A DNA stretch of 64,000 nucleotides from Callorhinchus milii (GCF_018977255.1 NW_024704742.1:16742001-16806000); one strand, 5' to 3'. Shown: positions 39,091 to 52,631, counted from the stretch's first letter. Notes: generated by a model from the sequence alone, not told the origin. Numbers and translations are program-made.

Positions 39091-40491
39091 TTGTACAATC
39101 AAGGTGAAGGTCAAGGACAAGCAACATGTATAAGATTGTACTGTAATGGGGAACTCACGACTTGCAAGTCAGTGATTGGAAGCCAGTTATATGAGAATTT
39201 CTGATCAGTTGTTGCTAAATAAGCTCTATGTCTAGACATGAGTTTCTCACTGTGTCATAACTTACCCTGGATTACTAGGATGCTAGACTCATTAATAAAC
39301 AGCTTGAAGCTGTAATGGGAAGACATTATGTAAGATACATATTATAATAATAATCCTTGCATTTGATATAGGACCTTATCAAGTTGTTGAGACAATTCAA
39401 AGTGCTTCACAGAAGTGAATTGACTATATATTTTGAGGGCGAAATATATTATATGTCATGCAGTATTATATATCATATAAGCCAGGTATTCTGGAAATAC
39501 AAGATCAAATGGGCAAAAGACCTTTTTCATCCATACCTTGCTTGTGATCTTGTCATCTCTCTCCATGTCTCAGCCATAGTTATTATCAAATAGTTAAGAC
39601 TATACCATTGTTTTAGAAAAGGACAAAAAGCCACAAAAATATGTTTTGAAATATAAGTCAGAACAGTTTGAGTGAAAAGTCAAAAAAAGATTTAAGCAGG
39701 ACGTCTACGGTATTCACATACATGCTCTTGAATTGTAAGGGCTGTGTGAGTTACATGATTCACTTCAGATTACCAGGTATTTACAGACTTGTACAATTAG
39801 TGTCTTACATTTTTCAGAACATATGACTTGCAAGGGGTGGAATCATTGCTTGGTAAGGGACATACCCTTAGAGACATCTCAAAGACGTGATAAGGTGCTA
39901 TATCAAATGCAAGGATTATTATTATTATCCTGTGGGTCAGTAGCTTTTGTGTTATGTTGACATGTGGGTGCTTGGGCAGTTAGTAAGGGGTTGGGACCTC
40001 AGTGTGGAGTGGTTGGACTCTTTCAGAACCTAAGTTGGCTTGCATTTATTAGGCTATTTTAGGTTATTTTCAAGCAGGAATTGTCAAGACTTTACTTTAA
40101 GTGACATGCCATTGAGGGTCTGAGCTGGGTTCCCTCTGGTTTTCTGTGTCATTACATAAGTGATTTGGAAGTGGAAATGGGGGACAAATATCATTTGCAG
40201 ATGTTACCAACTCAGGAGGATGTTGGAGCTTCAAAACCTGTTTTATGGCTTTTTGTCATGTTCTAAAAAATTGTATTGTTGTAACTATTTGGTTAACCAA
40301 GATTGGATGGTTTACCTATCAAATAGGTAGCTATTGAAGCTTAAAGTAGACAAATGTGTATTGGTACATTGTTGGAAAAAGAATATGAGATAGAGATGTA
40401 CATGAATAGTACAGAGATTTTTTCAGTTAGTTCTCTGCACTGCCATCTCAGCTTCTGCACATTTCAACAACTTTCAGCAAGATTCAGAGTG

Positions 40492-41159
40492 GTTCTAACA
40501 GAGCTGTCAGTGGTATAAACAGAATATAAAGTAGAATGTATATTATTGCATATCTCTCAGCATTTAGTGGTGTCCTGTTGATTTTGCCACGGTATAATTA
40601 CTTTGCTGCACGGTTATAATGATCTAACATATCCACGTCAGTACTCAGCAAGGAGCAGTTCAACTAGAAAAGAACTGCTACAGGTCAGGTTGCAAGCTTT
40701 GTGGAAGTCAATTCATTGACAGACTCTGCTCCTGGTGCATACAATTGGAATAAATCTTTACTTTTGAGAAATGAAGCTTCTCTTGACTCCAAAGAAGAGA
40801 ATTAGACTTTCAATGCACAATTTGGTTTGAAACTCTGGGTTAAAGTTTCAAACCAAATTACAATGTTTATTAACACTGGTGATCAATTTAACGTCGAAAT
40901 GATGTACAACACATTGGCAAATTTCTCAGGTGTGCTGAAAATTAAGCCCCCCACCACACATACCACACACAACATTGTCAGGTGGGAAGGCCTCAGGGGG
41001 ACAAGGCTCTCAACTTTAAGATCAAGAGATTTGGTGTTGTTCTAACAGCTGTCAATGGTATAAACAGAATATAAAATAGCATGTGTATTAATGCATATCT
41101 ATCAGCATTTGGTGGTGTCCTTTAGATTTTGCCTCAGTTGAATTACTTTGCTGCACAGT
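40492..41159 (+). repeat. Pair of ~122-bp direct repeats (40492-40614 and 41039-41159)
   Basis: gttctaaca..gctgtca.tggtataaacagaatataaa...gcatatct.tcagcattt.gtggtgtcct..gattttgcc...aattactttgctgcac in both copies; roughly 85% identical by eye. Confidence 0.85.
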
Positions 41160-41980
41160 AATGTGTTAAATATTGCAAGTTCATGTTCACCTACAAAACA
41201 CTTTATAGCACTCTGCAGTATATCCTGGGAAGACTTTTAAAATTGGCTAAGAACCATTGCCTCAGAGTTAGAGTCTCTTGGTCAACCCACAAATCTTCAT
41301 GTTCCCAGAAGACTTTGTGCTTGCTTTATCCAGTTTGAAAATCATTTAGTTGTATTTCAAGGAAATGTTTGGGTTCCAGATTGTGGACCAAAGCCTGGAA
41401 TAATGTGCCTGGCACAGTGAAAAATATCTAACTTACATAAAGAAAGATGATCCATCAAACCTTCCAAACACCAATTTAGTGAAACAAAATAGATTTGACA
41501 ATAAATACATAATCCTGCAGATGGTTATTGTTTCCGTACACATCTGCACTACTGTACAAACGTCCTTGTACCTAAATACTTCAAGAAAAAAGTCAAGAGG
41601 GAAATGTACAAACACTAATTGCAATAATTTCAGCCAGTAATTCTGTAGTAAACATCAGAGGCATCATTTAGTTAATTTCTCACAGTTAAAAGTTTAATTC
41701 TGTAAAGTGTAATGAAATGAATGCAAATGGTTTATAGAGATGTGGGATACACAGATCACTATTCTAATAAAACTTGGATTAACTGGTTTAATTATATTAG
41801 TTACAGAAATCAAATTGCACTGATGGATTCAGTTACTAAATCAGACTCTTCACTGTTGTTTTGGGGATGTACTTTCCCCCATCCCCAGAAAATGTGTTTG
41901 CTCTTCTGAATGAATGGTATGTTTGTGTGCGTGTGTGTACTTGTTAAGAATACAATATAATTGTATTTGCGACTATATTA

Positions 41981-42356
41981 GGTGTCCTGTGGCGTATTGG
42001 TTAGAGTACTCACCTCACAAGCGAGAGGACCTGGGTTCAATTCCAGAGCAGGGCGAAATGTTTCCTTAAATGTTTCCTTAACACGCCCTTGTTTATCTGT
42101 CAGTAAGTAGGAACCCAATTGTTAGTCGATTGGTGGATCACTTTTCCGAGGGTAATAGAATACTTTAAAAAAATTAATAATAAGTTGGTCACTCTATTCA
42201 CGACTGTTTGTTGGACACTACTGTGCGCAATTGGCTGCCGCATTTCGCCACAAAATATACACTTTACAGTATATTCTGTGAAGCGCTTTGAGACGTCCCG
42301 AAGACATGATAAGGTGCTTTATCAAAGGCAAGGATTATTATTATTATTGTTATTAT
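41981..42356 (+). mobile_element. tRNA-derived SINE, long form
   Basis: Diverged head, tgtttatctgtcagtaagtaggaaccc..gttagtcgattgg segment, shared tail. Confidence 0.85.
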
Positions 42357-42404
42357 AAAGGGAGTTGCTCTATGATGTCTAAAAATGCTCTGTAACCAGT
42401 ATAT

Positions 42405-42859
42405 TCAAGATCAATTCAAGATCCTCATCCTCACCTCGAATTCAAGATCCTCATCCTCACCTATAAGGCCATTCATGGCCTTACTCCCTCCTACCTCTCC
42501 GACCTACCTGCCCATACCTCCATTCCTCTGGCTCCGGTCTGCTCCATATCCCCCGCCCCAACCTCCCTACCATCGGTGGCCGGGTCTTCAGTCTCTCAGC
42601 CTCTAGGCTCTGGAACTCCATCCCCCAGTGCCTTCGCCTTGCCTCCTCCCTTTCCTCCTTCAAGGCCGGTCTCAAGACCTTTCTCTTCGACCGTGCCTTC
42701 AGCTGCCCTCTCGACTTTCTACCCCCTCCTCGCTCCCTCCCTTCCCTCCCCTCACCCTGACCATTTCCCCCCTGCTCGGGTCCCAACCCAACTGTCCAGC
42801 GCCTTGGGACATCCTCCCAACGTGAAAGGCGCTCTATAAATGAAATCTCGTTGTTGTTG
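42405..42859 (+). mobile_element. L2 3' fragment (family A) with a duplicated 24-mer at its 5' end
   Basis: aattcaagatcctcatcctcacct occurs twice; ends in the stem-loop and (TTG)n. Confidence 0.9.
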
Positions 42860-45116
42860 CATATGGCCCCATACAAAAGGGATCCATAATCTCAATTTGA
42901 CCACATCATTTTGTACCTTCTGTTTACTGTATGGCCAGATCGTCTGGGTAGTTAAAGTAGATTACGTTTAGACAAGTGAAGTAGAATTGAGAAAATACTT
43001 TGTAATATTTCACAACTGATTTGATTCTGATAATTGTCATATCAAATATCATACCAACAGAAATTCTGTGTTTTATATTTATTGACCAGTTTCAGCTCCG
43101 AAAATCACAATACAGAGTATTGTGTGCAACTCCCCTGTTTATCATGTGGATTCATGAAATTTTGGCTCAGATCCTGGATCACACAGTTTCCCACTGGAGT
43201 ATATTTTAGACATCATCGTGAAGTCCTTAGTACTTCAGCAAAGAGGAATGTGGAAAGTATACAGAGAAAGTGCAGAGAATTTGATTAGGGAGGTTGAATT
43301 ATAGTGGCTAACATGAGCAAGGCTTTGATGGGTCAAATGGCCTTCTAATATACTGTAATGTCTATGATTCTATGAACAAAGTAACCAGGCACATTCACTT
43401 ATATCCCCAATTCAGAAGAGGTAAAGGGTCTGGTTACCCATTTCAAAACCAAACAGAATAAGTGTAGTTTTGTGTTTTCATCTCCAAGGCATTACCTCAC
43501 ATGAATTTGTATATAAATGCAATTTGTTGTTATTTCTATTGAAGGTCATTCTGCACATGCACGAATGGGAGTCACCCAGCAGAGTAAATCAGCTCTAGAA
43601 TAAGCAATATAGATGAATTCATTGGCTGGTCACCAAGTCCTGCCTACCTATTCTTCAGGTGGAAGATTAAAGATCCTATCACACTATTTGAAAAGAGAAT
43701 GGAGTTTCTCATGATGCACTACCCGACAGACCTCCAGATTAATTCATCATTCACCCCGTGACTGTTATGGGACCTTTTGGCTCAAATGGCTCTGGTGTTT
43801 TCTTACAAAATCTATGCATTTAACATTGATTACTATAAAGGGCTTTGAGTTGTTTTGACATGATAAGGTGCTTTAAAAAGGCAAGTGCTCTCTTTAGTTT
43901 CCACTCGGGGAATTCTCCACAACACTAAACACCGAAGATAGAAATATATACAATGAGACATTTGTTGTTTTCTCCCCCCTTGCGTCTGCTGCTCTTTAAA
44001 ACTGTCACCCACACAAGGTGTTGGTCTCACCAGTGCCAAGAAAATCAGTCTTTGTTGTTGAATGAATCTTTAAAGCTGTATAGAATGCCAATGGTCATAG
44101 CATAGATAGAAGCGGTGCTCACTAAACTGTCTTCAGCCAATAAAAGGGGCACAGTGTTGAATCAAGTGAAAATTCTGTGAAAATTATATAGCATATGCAA
44201 ATCCATTTCAATCGAAAAGCAGAAAAATACTGTTATACAAGCAGAAATTGATGCAATTGCCCTATGATACTTGAAATTGCAGAATCTTGATCCAGGGCTT
44301 TGTAGTCTAGGTTAATGATTACCCCACAATGTATTTATCTGTACAATTTAGTCCAGAAGCACAAATAGCATAAATCCTATTTGTAAATCTTTTATTTCGA
44401 ATGGTGTAATTGTCAGAGGTAAATGATTACTGTATTGTTTCAATTATTTTCCCTTTTGATGTCTCAGAAAATGAAATGTTTGGAGTTGGTAGTCAAAAAC
44501 ATTGAGAGTATTGCATTGTGTAGAGTTGTACGTTCCAATCATGTAATGACCCTCAGAGCAAACAAAGTAATTTGTGAAATAAAATCAGAGAAGCGATGTT
44601 TTCTGTCAAAGAAAACTTTCAGCATCATATATCCAAAATATCCCCTGCAAGCACTCTGAAGTACATGTGTTGCTCTGGGCAATACCATGCTTTTATAGAA
44701 AGGTGATGAATGCCCAATTCAATAGAAATAACCAAGAAAAAGCATCGTCATTCTTATATCAGCAGAACCAACTTCTATACTGCATTTTTTATAGCAACAT
44801 TAAAAATTATTGTCTTGCTGGAACTTGCTCTTTAGTGACAAGCCTAAAGAGCTGAGTCAATTCTGCCTTGATTCAGTAATCTTAAAACCTGATTCAGGCA
44901 GGTCCCCGGTCCAAAACTCAGGGGCCCTTTTGATAATTGACTCAATAATGGTACCTGAAAGAATAGACATGTCTCTGGGGAATGGGATTTTTCCCATTTG
45001 GCTCCTATTAAGTAATGGCAATGTATTCCAATGCTGTAATAGATAGGATTGTTCTAGTTGGATAAGCAGGGGAAAGCCTACCAATGCTTCATACTGGTTC
45101 AATTCTAGCAGTACCA

Positions 45117-45605
45117 TAATAATAATAATAATAAAAATGGTGCTTGCCTTTGATATAGTGCCTTATCACATCCTTGAAATGTCTTAAAGCGCACCACAGG
45201 ATATATTATGAAGTGGATTCACTGTGTATCTTGTCGATGAAGCGCAGCAGCCAGTAGCGCACAGCAATGTCGCACAAACAGCCATGGAGTGAGTGATCAA
45301 TTTTATTTTGCAGGTTTGTTGGCCAGCACCCTGGGGAAACTCCTTTCTCTTTTTGAATAGACCCATGAGATCTTTAATGCCCATCCAAGTCCCTACAGCT
45401 ACCACCATGCTAGGCTGACACGCAAACCATTTCCCCCAGAAAGCGATTCGCCATTCGACTATCAACCAGGTTCCTATTTACTGCTAGGTAAACAAAAGCA
45501 TTTGAAGTAAGCAAACTTGCGTAAATTTTTGCTCCGCCCGGGATTAAAACCTGGGTCTGTTCACTTGAGAGGCGAGCTCCCTAACGTCTACTCTACAGAA
45601 CTCCT
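45117..45605 (-). mobile_element. Chimeric SINE (~490 bp): tRNA-Ala-type head, long-form segment, partial Deu domain, shared tail
   Basis: Contains both ccaggttcctatttactgctaggtaaaca (long-form segment) and ttggccagcaccctggggaaactcc..ccatgagatctttaatg (Deu 3' part). Confidence 0.8.
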
Positions 45606-46399
45606 AATGTGTAGTTTGGAATCCAAATCGTTGGCTTTTGCTAGCCCTCACTTGTTTTCTTTAAGCATAGGCAAGTGGGCCCACTCTATGTGCATTGTTG
45701 TCCCCCTCTCCCAGGGGAAAGATTGAGCGCTGTGTAACTGGAAAAAAAACTCTAATTGTGTACTTTCTGACTTCTGAGTAGTTGAGAGAGAATTAGAGTC
45801 GCTTAAGCTTGGCAAGGCGTTTCTGAGTGTTTGTCTCGCAAAACAACATGCACTGTACTTTTAATGCATTAATTTCAATTATTAAGCAACCAAATAATAG
45901 ATAAGATTTAAAAATCTAGTGTTTTATGCCTCTTGAGATGCATTCTGTGCAAGAAGGCCAAAGTCTCCTCATTTTGAATGTCTTGACTACTTGATCTCAA
46001 GTACTTACCTTTTGAAATGAATAAAATATTAGATCTAACATTAATTACTGCAAATGCTAACTTTTGTACTTTGAAAGAAAATGAATGACTAGAAATTAGC
46101 ATTACCTAAGAATAAGACGTAAGTCCTTTCAATTTCCAAATCCATTAATGCAAAAAAAATTTTGTTTAAGATTTTGGCTGCAGCTGCCCTTCATTGACTT
46201 CATTCATTTGAAAAACCCACAGTAAGCTAAAATACAATAAATTTAAGCACCTTATAACCAAAGTTTGTTTAATTTTTTAAAAAATGTTGTCAAAAATATC
46301 CAAATAGCGATTCATATAATGAATTGGAGCAGAGCACTTGCAAATACTGTGTTGTAATAGTTACTGCTCATATTAGTTCATGTAGGCGTGTGAATGATA

Positions 46400-46650
46400 T
46401 GAGGACGATAAATATCATTGCAAAACACCTTGCTCAATTAAGCAGATGTGCCAAGAAGCGGCAGATGGATTTTAATGCAGATTAATTTAAGGTAATGTAT
46501 ATTAGAAGGGGGAAAAAAGGTAAACATCTGCATACAATGAAGTTGTGTCCATTATCAAAGCTGGAGAAGGAAAGGGATTTGGGTGTGATTTATGATCATT
46601 CTCTGTTGCGGTTCTGGTTAATGTGAAGCTGGTATAACCAAAGCTAATCA
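46400..46650 (+). mobile_element. Old CR1 RT fragment
   Basis: cagatggattttaatgcagat..aaggtaatgtatatt (QMDFNA..KVM) and gaaagggatttgggtgtg (ERDLGV). Confidence 0.65.
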
Positions 46651-47129
46651 AATATTCACTTGAAATTTGAAGTCTTTGACAACAAGTCTCTCCAAATTCC
46701 CTTCACCACAATCCCCTCCTTTTGACTTAAAAACTCTCTCAGAAATGTACCTCTGTTGACCCCAGCTTTTAAGCCCCTCAAACTCCTGTTCCTGCTAGGC
46801 CTCATGGTCTCTAGGAATCGCTTTGAGATGTTCATGCTCCATGAACGATACTATGTAAGTGTGCTTTGTTCTTGGATAATGTTGAAATAAATTGTATTAA
46901 TCTTCAATGACCACATTCTGAATATGGTTTGCACTTTTAGACCTGCATTTAGAGACTTGCATTCATTGGAAAAGAAAATATTTAGGGGTGACATGATCTA
47001 GGTTTTTAAAATGATATATCTTGCTGATGTGAAAAGGTGCCATATCAGATGCAAGGAATATTACTGTATTATTGTTACATTTCGGTCTAAAAACTACCAT
47101 TACCCTCAGACCATGCACTTATTAAGTCC

Positions 47130-47660
47130 AGGATCGACCACATCAAAATTCTGTTCTCCAGACTACTCAACTCTTCCTACACAAGCTGTAAACTATCCAG
47201 AACTCTGCAGCCCATGTTCTTTCTTGCATTGGACTCTGTGAGCCTATCACCGCCATCCTCACCCTGCTCCATTGGCTCCCCATTCCCCAATGGATCATGT
47301 TCAAGATCCTCATCCTGATTTTCAAATCTCTCTGCAGTCTTGCCCCATCTTACCTTGACCTCCTTAAACTGTACCAACCTGGCTGCTCCCTTCGCTCAGC
47401 AGCCTGCTTCACATCCCTCACCCCACCAGTGGTTGGACTTTCAGCCTATCTGCCCCCACTCTCTGGAGCTCCATCCCTGGAGTCCTCTGACTCACCCTTT
47501 CCCTGATCTCTTTCAAGGTCCTACTCGAGACCTTCCTCTTCAACATTCCTTCAGTCAATGTTCCCCTCCCAACCCCTGCAGCTACTGCCTTCAGCTCAGG
47601 CGCCAAGCTGTTAACCACCTTGGGACTTCCTACTGATGTGAAAGATGCTATATAATTCCA
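47130..47660 (+). mobile_element. Degraded L2 3' fragment
   Basis: IQNSAA..LHWLPIPQWIMFKILILIFKSL coding remnant plus tail. Confidence 0.85.
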
Positions 47661-49134
47661 AATGTGGGATGTGATCAGGATAAATCTTTTCAACAGTATT
47701 CCTTCCTAATCATGTAAATGTACTGAAGCAAAAGAAGAGCAAAGTGATGCAACAAAGTGACACATACCTTAAAAGTTTTCAATTTGAGAGGGAATTTGCA
47801 ATCACTTAAATGTAATGAACAGCTGACGCATTCAGCTTCCTCGCACAAAAGACATGACCCTTATTTTAGAGTCTATGCTTTTGATAAGTTCATACAATAT
47901 GTTTTATGTTGGGATAGTAGAGGTAATAGTTTCTCATAATTTTAGCATCATTCATGAATTCTGAAAGAGATTTGCACCCTATATGCATGAAAATCAGTCA
48001 CTATGTGCTGGTTCTCATTGCTCTTAATTTCAGCACTGAAAATTCAGATTGCAGGACAGTAGTTATACTTTATGAGAGAGTAATTTAATTGAAATCATTC
48101 TATATTCTCTGAAACATTAATCAAGAAAAGTCTGGTATATGGAACATTAATTTTGTGGCAGTATGAAAAAGCAGCTGCAGTTTCCAGATAGGTTATCTAG
48201 AGTTTTCATATTAATTACGCCTTACCACAGGATAACTGGGGTAGAAAATTCATTATGTTTAGCTCAGTAATAAGGAAATCAAACTGCTCTCATTCATTGG
48301 AATTGTGAAGTACAGTAACTCCTGAAATAATTCCAATTTATTTTTGCCGTCCAAGTGGGCGAAGATCTTTGCAGCGCTGGGTGCAACCTACTAAAATCTT
48401 TCAATAATTGTTTGCTTTTTTCTTTTGCTGTGAGCCATTGCTCCTCTTTCCAAACTCCTGTCAGTTAGGGAGAGCATCCCTAAGTACAGGTTAGATGCTT
48501 CACAACCGCAGCTGCCTCCCCTCCCTCTCAAAAATGAATATGCATTTGCTACGTTGAGACAGATGCTCTTTTCACCTTCCCACTGCTGTATTTGGCACAG
48601 TTGTGGCATGTTAATGCTCCCAATAGACATGGTACAATTTAAAATGAAATGTTCAGGATTTTGCATTTATCAGCTTTAAACATCAATCCTATTTATGGAA
48701 ATCAATGCAGAACCTCCCTAAAGTACAGAGAAACTATCGCTGAAAATGAAATCTCTGCTGCACCAAAACAGCAATTGTAACAGTATTTATGATAGACATC
48801 CAGCTACAAGTGATGGAAGCAGTTGCTGGGGAACAGGAGCTAGACTTATTGGGATTTTGACATATACTATACCTCAGTCAGTCTGACTCAGAGAAACTTG
48901 TTGTTATCCAGAACAAAGGTATTTCAGCATCACTCCTCCTTCCACTCTCAGTATAGCACAACCCACTTTTCTATTTTTCTTTTTTCAGGAGTTCCTGTAC
49001 TTTACAATTCCAATGAATTAAAGCATTTTTATTACTTAGCTAAACACAGTGAATTTGGCCAAGACATTTTTCCAAGATTCAACTCTTCTCAATTTAAAAG
49101 ATGCAGAGCGAACTGTGTGAAAGACCATTTGAGA

Positions 49135-49750
49135 CAACAACAACAACTTGCATTTATATAGCTCCCTTCATGACGGATGGCCTCTCGGAGCGCTTAACAG
49201 TGGCAGAGCCCAATGCCAAGCCAGCAGGAGGGGGAAGGTGACTGTAGGAACGGTCGAAGAGGAAGGACTTCAAGCGCGACCTGAAAATGGGGAGAGAGGG
49301 AGCAAGATGAAGGGATTGAGGGCTTCTGGCACAGATGGTGGGATGGAGGGTCCAGGGGAAAAGAAGGAGGCTGGAGCCAGTCGGGCAGAGGCAGCGGGTA
49401 GCAGTGTAGTGAGAGAGCAGGTTGGAGAGATAGAGCGGTGCCAGCGCATGAAGGGATTTAAATACAAGAGTGAGGTTCTTGAAATCGATCCGCTCTGTGA
49501 CAGAGAACCAATGGAGTTTGACAAGGACTGGCGTAATGGAGGTATGAAGTTTAGTGCAGGTGAGAATGTGGGTGGTGGAATGGTGGAACTTTGAATTGGT
49601 CGAATTTTGTGAATAGTGGAGCAGGGGAGGCCGGTGAATGCCGGTTTGAGTAGTTGAGGCGGGAGGTGACGAAAGCATGGACGAGAGTTTGGCCAACTTT
49701 CGGAGTAAGGTATGGACAGGTACCTAAGCTATTGTCGTCCATTGCCATCG
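49135..49750 (-). mobile_element. L2 3' fragment (family B)
   Basis: TLVHAFVTSRLNYSN and ITPVLVKLHWFSVTERIDFK; (CAA)n tail. Confidence 0.9.
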
Positions 49751-50494
49751 AGATGGAATTATGGTCGTCAGTTGCTGAGTGAATCCATGGTGGCTGGAGG
49801 GAGGGATTCTAGGTCTTAATTTTCTTTCTATATTTTATTGACTTCTGTTTCATCCTTAACTGGTCTGAATGATACATTTCGAGGAGAAACAAATTGCAAC
49901 TGAATTTCAATTGAACAGTATCCAGAAATCCAGTATCACCATTTTGTTGCTGTCAAAATTACAAGACTGATTTGGTTGGTGATAGCTCCTGATCTCAGCT
50001 TTACTGTGAGGGAGAGAAAATGAGATTCAGTGTGTTTCATCTTCTAGACTAGATGAAATAACCCAAACAGTGATCATCGTATTTTTTTTCATTTTTTAAA
50101 TGAGCAATCACTTTAGAAGCTTTCTTTGTATTGACCTTTATGTAACAAGCAAAACCACTGCTGGATACAATCTGAGGCTGATGGACCTTAAATAAAACTT
50201 TGTGGAGCCATATCAAGTAGTAATTTTTTATTTACTTGCTTTAATGGTGTTAATCCATCTGATCATTAGGTTGAAGGATGTTAATGTTAGGAAGTGGACC
50301 ATTGCCAACCCCAGGCAGCCAGTATCATTATCAGTCATTTCCATTCATGTATAGAATGGGCCAAATGCAACATAAAGATCCCTTGATCTTTATCTCATGC
50401 TTTTAAACCTACTCTAAAAGAGAATTCACTACTGTATAAATGTTACTTTTCTATTTCCCATGCTAAACACAATGTGCTTTTTCTGTGTGAGGTA

Positions 50495-50790
50495 ATTTTA
50501 TGGTGCCTTTCAGGTCAGGATGACATCTCAAAGTATTTCACAGTGTATTTCTAAAGTATAGTATCTGTGTCATGACTCTACCATTTTGTAGACGAATGCC
50601 ACAGACAGTTTGAACACAGCAATGTCCCACAAACAACCATGACATTAATGTCAATTTTAACTGGAGAATTTTTGACCGAGACACTGGGAGGGACTCTTTT
50701 CTTTTTGGGATCCTTAACATCCACCTGGACAGGCATACGGAACCTCGGTTTAATGTCTCATTCAAAGGACGGCATCTCCTAAGTGCCAAT
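50495..50790 (-). mobile_element. Deu-domain SINE 3' half
   Basis: gggatccttaacatccacctggacaggcatacggaacctcggtttaatgtctcattcaaaggacggcatctcc is the reverse complement of the Deu-like core. Confidence 0.75.
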
Positions 50791-51130
50791 TATTGCCATG
50801 TTTATATTGTACTGTGCTTGCTCATTCACACTTGGGACTGAATTGAGATTTCCCCAATTTACTCCACATCAGACCTTAGAGATAATACAGAGGGAACTCT
50901 AATCCTATCACTCAGAATTTCACTTAGATCTAGATTTTGGAAACTGTTTCCTTTTTACTAAGAGCAGAAAAAGACTTCCAAATTAAGACTGAATTGAAAA
51001 ATTCTTCACAAATCTGTGGAAACTTTAATTTCAAGACAAAATGGTCTTACCTGGCTAAATGTAGGTGGAATGTAATGCCAGCATGTAGGGGAGAGTATCA
51101 CTGAATAGCAATTGGAATGGGAATATCACA

Positions 51131-51459
51131 GTGGAGTCCTGTAGCTCAGTGGTTAGAGCACTCGCTTTGCAAGCGAGAGACCTGAGGTCAATTCCAGGCA
51201 GAGGGCGAAACCTTGGGCAAGTTTCCTTACTCCACACAGAGCCTAATAATAATCCCTCCAAAACCAAAAACAATAATAAATTGGTCATTTTCAATCTACG
51301 ACTGTTTGTGGGACACTGCTGTGCGCAATTGGCTGCCGCGTTCGCCCACAAATATACAGTCAATTCACTTTACAGTGTGTTCTGTGAAGCGCTTTGGGAC
51401 GTCCTCCCGACGTGAAAAGCGCTATATCAAATGCAAGGATTATTATTATTATTATTATT
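51131..51459 (+). mobile_element. tRNA-Ala-derived SINE, young short subfamily
   Basis: Intact head, CpGs retained, stem-loop agcgctttgggacgtcctcccgacgtgaaaagcgct, (TTA)n tail. Confidence 0.95.
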
Positions 51460-52094
51460 AATTGTTGCTGAATTGAAACCTCCAAATCTTTTAGATACAG
51501 ACTGTAGGATGCCTGTATCTAGAGTAAACCGGAACATTTGCAAAAAATATCTTAAGCTTGTGAGTGGAACTATGACCCGGAACACTTGATTACTGTTTTT
51601 TAGATGGACAATTTATTTTCCTTCGGATGATGAAAAAAGTTTCCAAGCTGTCAGACTCACTCTGCCCTTCCTAATTCTGTTAATAGCTAAAAAATTGGAT
51701 GTAATTCCAAGGATGGTTTGAGCTGACAAGAGGTCTGATCTGAGATGCTTCTTGTCAGGTTTGTGTGTGAGAAGCATCTGATCTGCTATGCATTTTCTTG
51801 ATTAGTGTCTAACCTTCAACAACCTTTCATGTCTGTCTTTCCCATTAAAGCTTCATCCATCAGTCCATCAAATAGGGTAATGGTCTGAATGGTTCTGAAT
51901 CGCTTTCGTTCCAGCTATTTTAGAATTGATGTTGGATAATTTTGCACAGTATTCACCATGTTGATTTAATATTATCGGTGTTCCACCTACATCATGGATT
52001 CAGTTGAAAAATAAAATGAAGCAAATAAATGCAATATCACCAAGTTCCCTTATGGTGTACTGGTAAAGGAATGGCACTGCTCAATGAACACTAA

Positions 52095-52480
52095 GTCAGT
52101 CTGGTTTTGTTGTCTGAGTCAGAAAATGGTTTGTTCAAGCCTCACATCAGGGCTTTGAACTCATATACTCTAGGCTGACACTCCAGTACTGTCCTAGGGT
52201 GTGCTGCATTGGAGGTGCCAACCGTCAGATGAGACGTTAAACTGAGCTTCCATTTGCCTGTTCCCATGGCAATATTCAAAAAGAGAAGGGAGTTTCTCCC
52301 CGTGTCGTATTCATCAATCTCCAAAATAAAATTGGTCATTCACTTCATGATGATGCACAAATTGGCTGCTGCATTCGCCTACAAATACAGTCACTATGCT
52401 TTGCAGTGCAGAAAATGTTAAGTGCTTTGAGACATCCTTCCAGCATGAAAGTTGCTACATCAAATGTGAATATTATTATA
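52095..52480 (+). mobile_element. Deu-domain SINE
   Basis: ctaggctgacactccagtactg...gctgcattggaggtgccaaccgtcagatgagacgttaaac core plus tail. Confidence 0.78.
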
Positions 52481-52631
52481 AGGATTGCAAGTTTTACAGA
52501 CCCAAGTCGCCAGGTTTGCTGATCTCAGCCAAGGCAGCAGTGTCCTCAGCATCTCTGGATTAAGGGAGAAGGGGGATAATTGGCTTGTGATCTTGATTCT
52601 GATCTCTATCTAGAGGCCTGCTGGAAGATGT

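Noticed and set aside
51131..51210. tRNA-Ala(TGC)-like cloverleaf at SINE heads
   Set aside because: The T-stem and acceptor stem are imperfect and each copy continues into a SINE body and tail; these are not tRNA genes.
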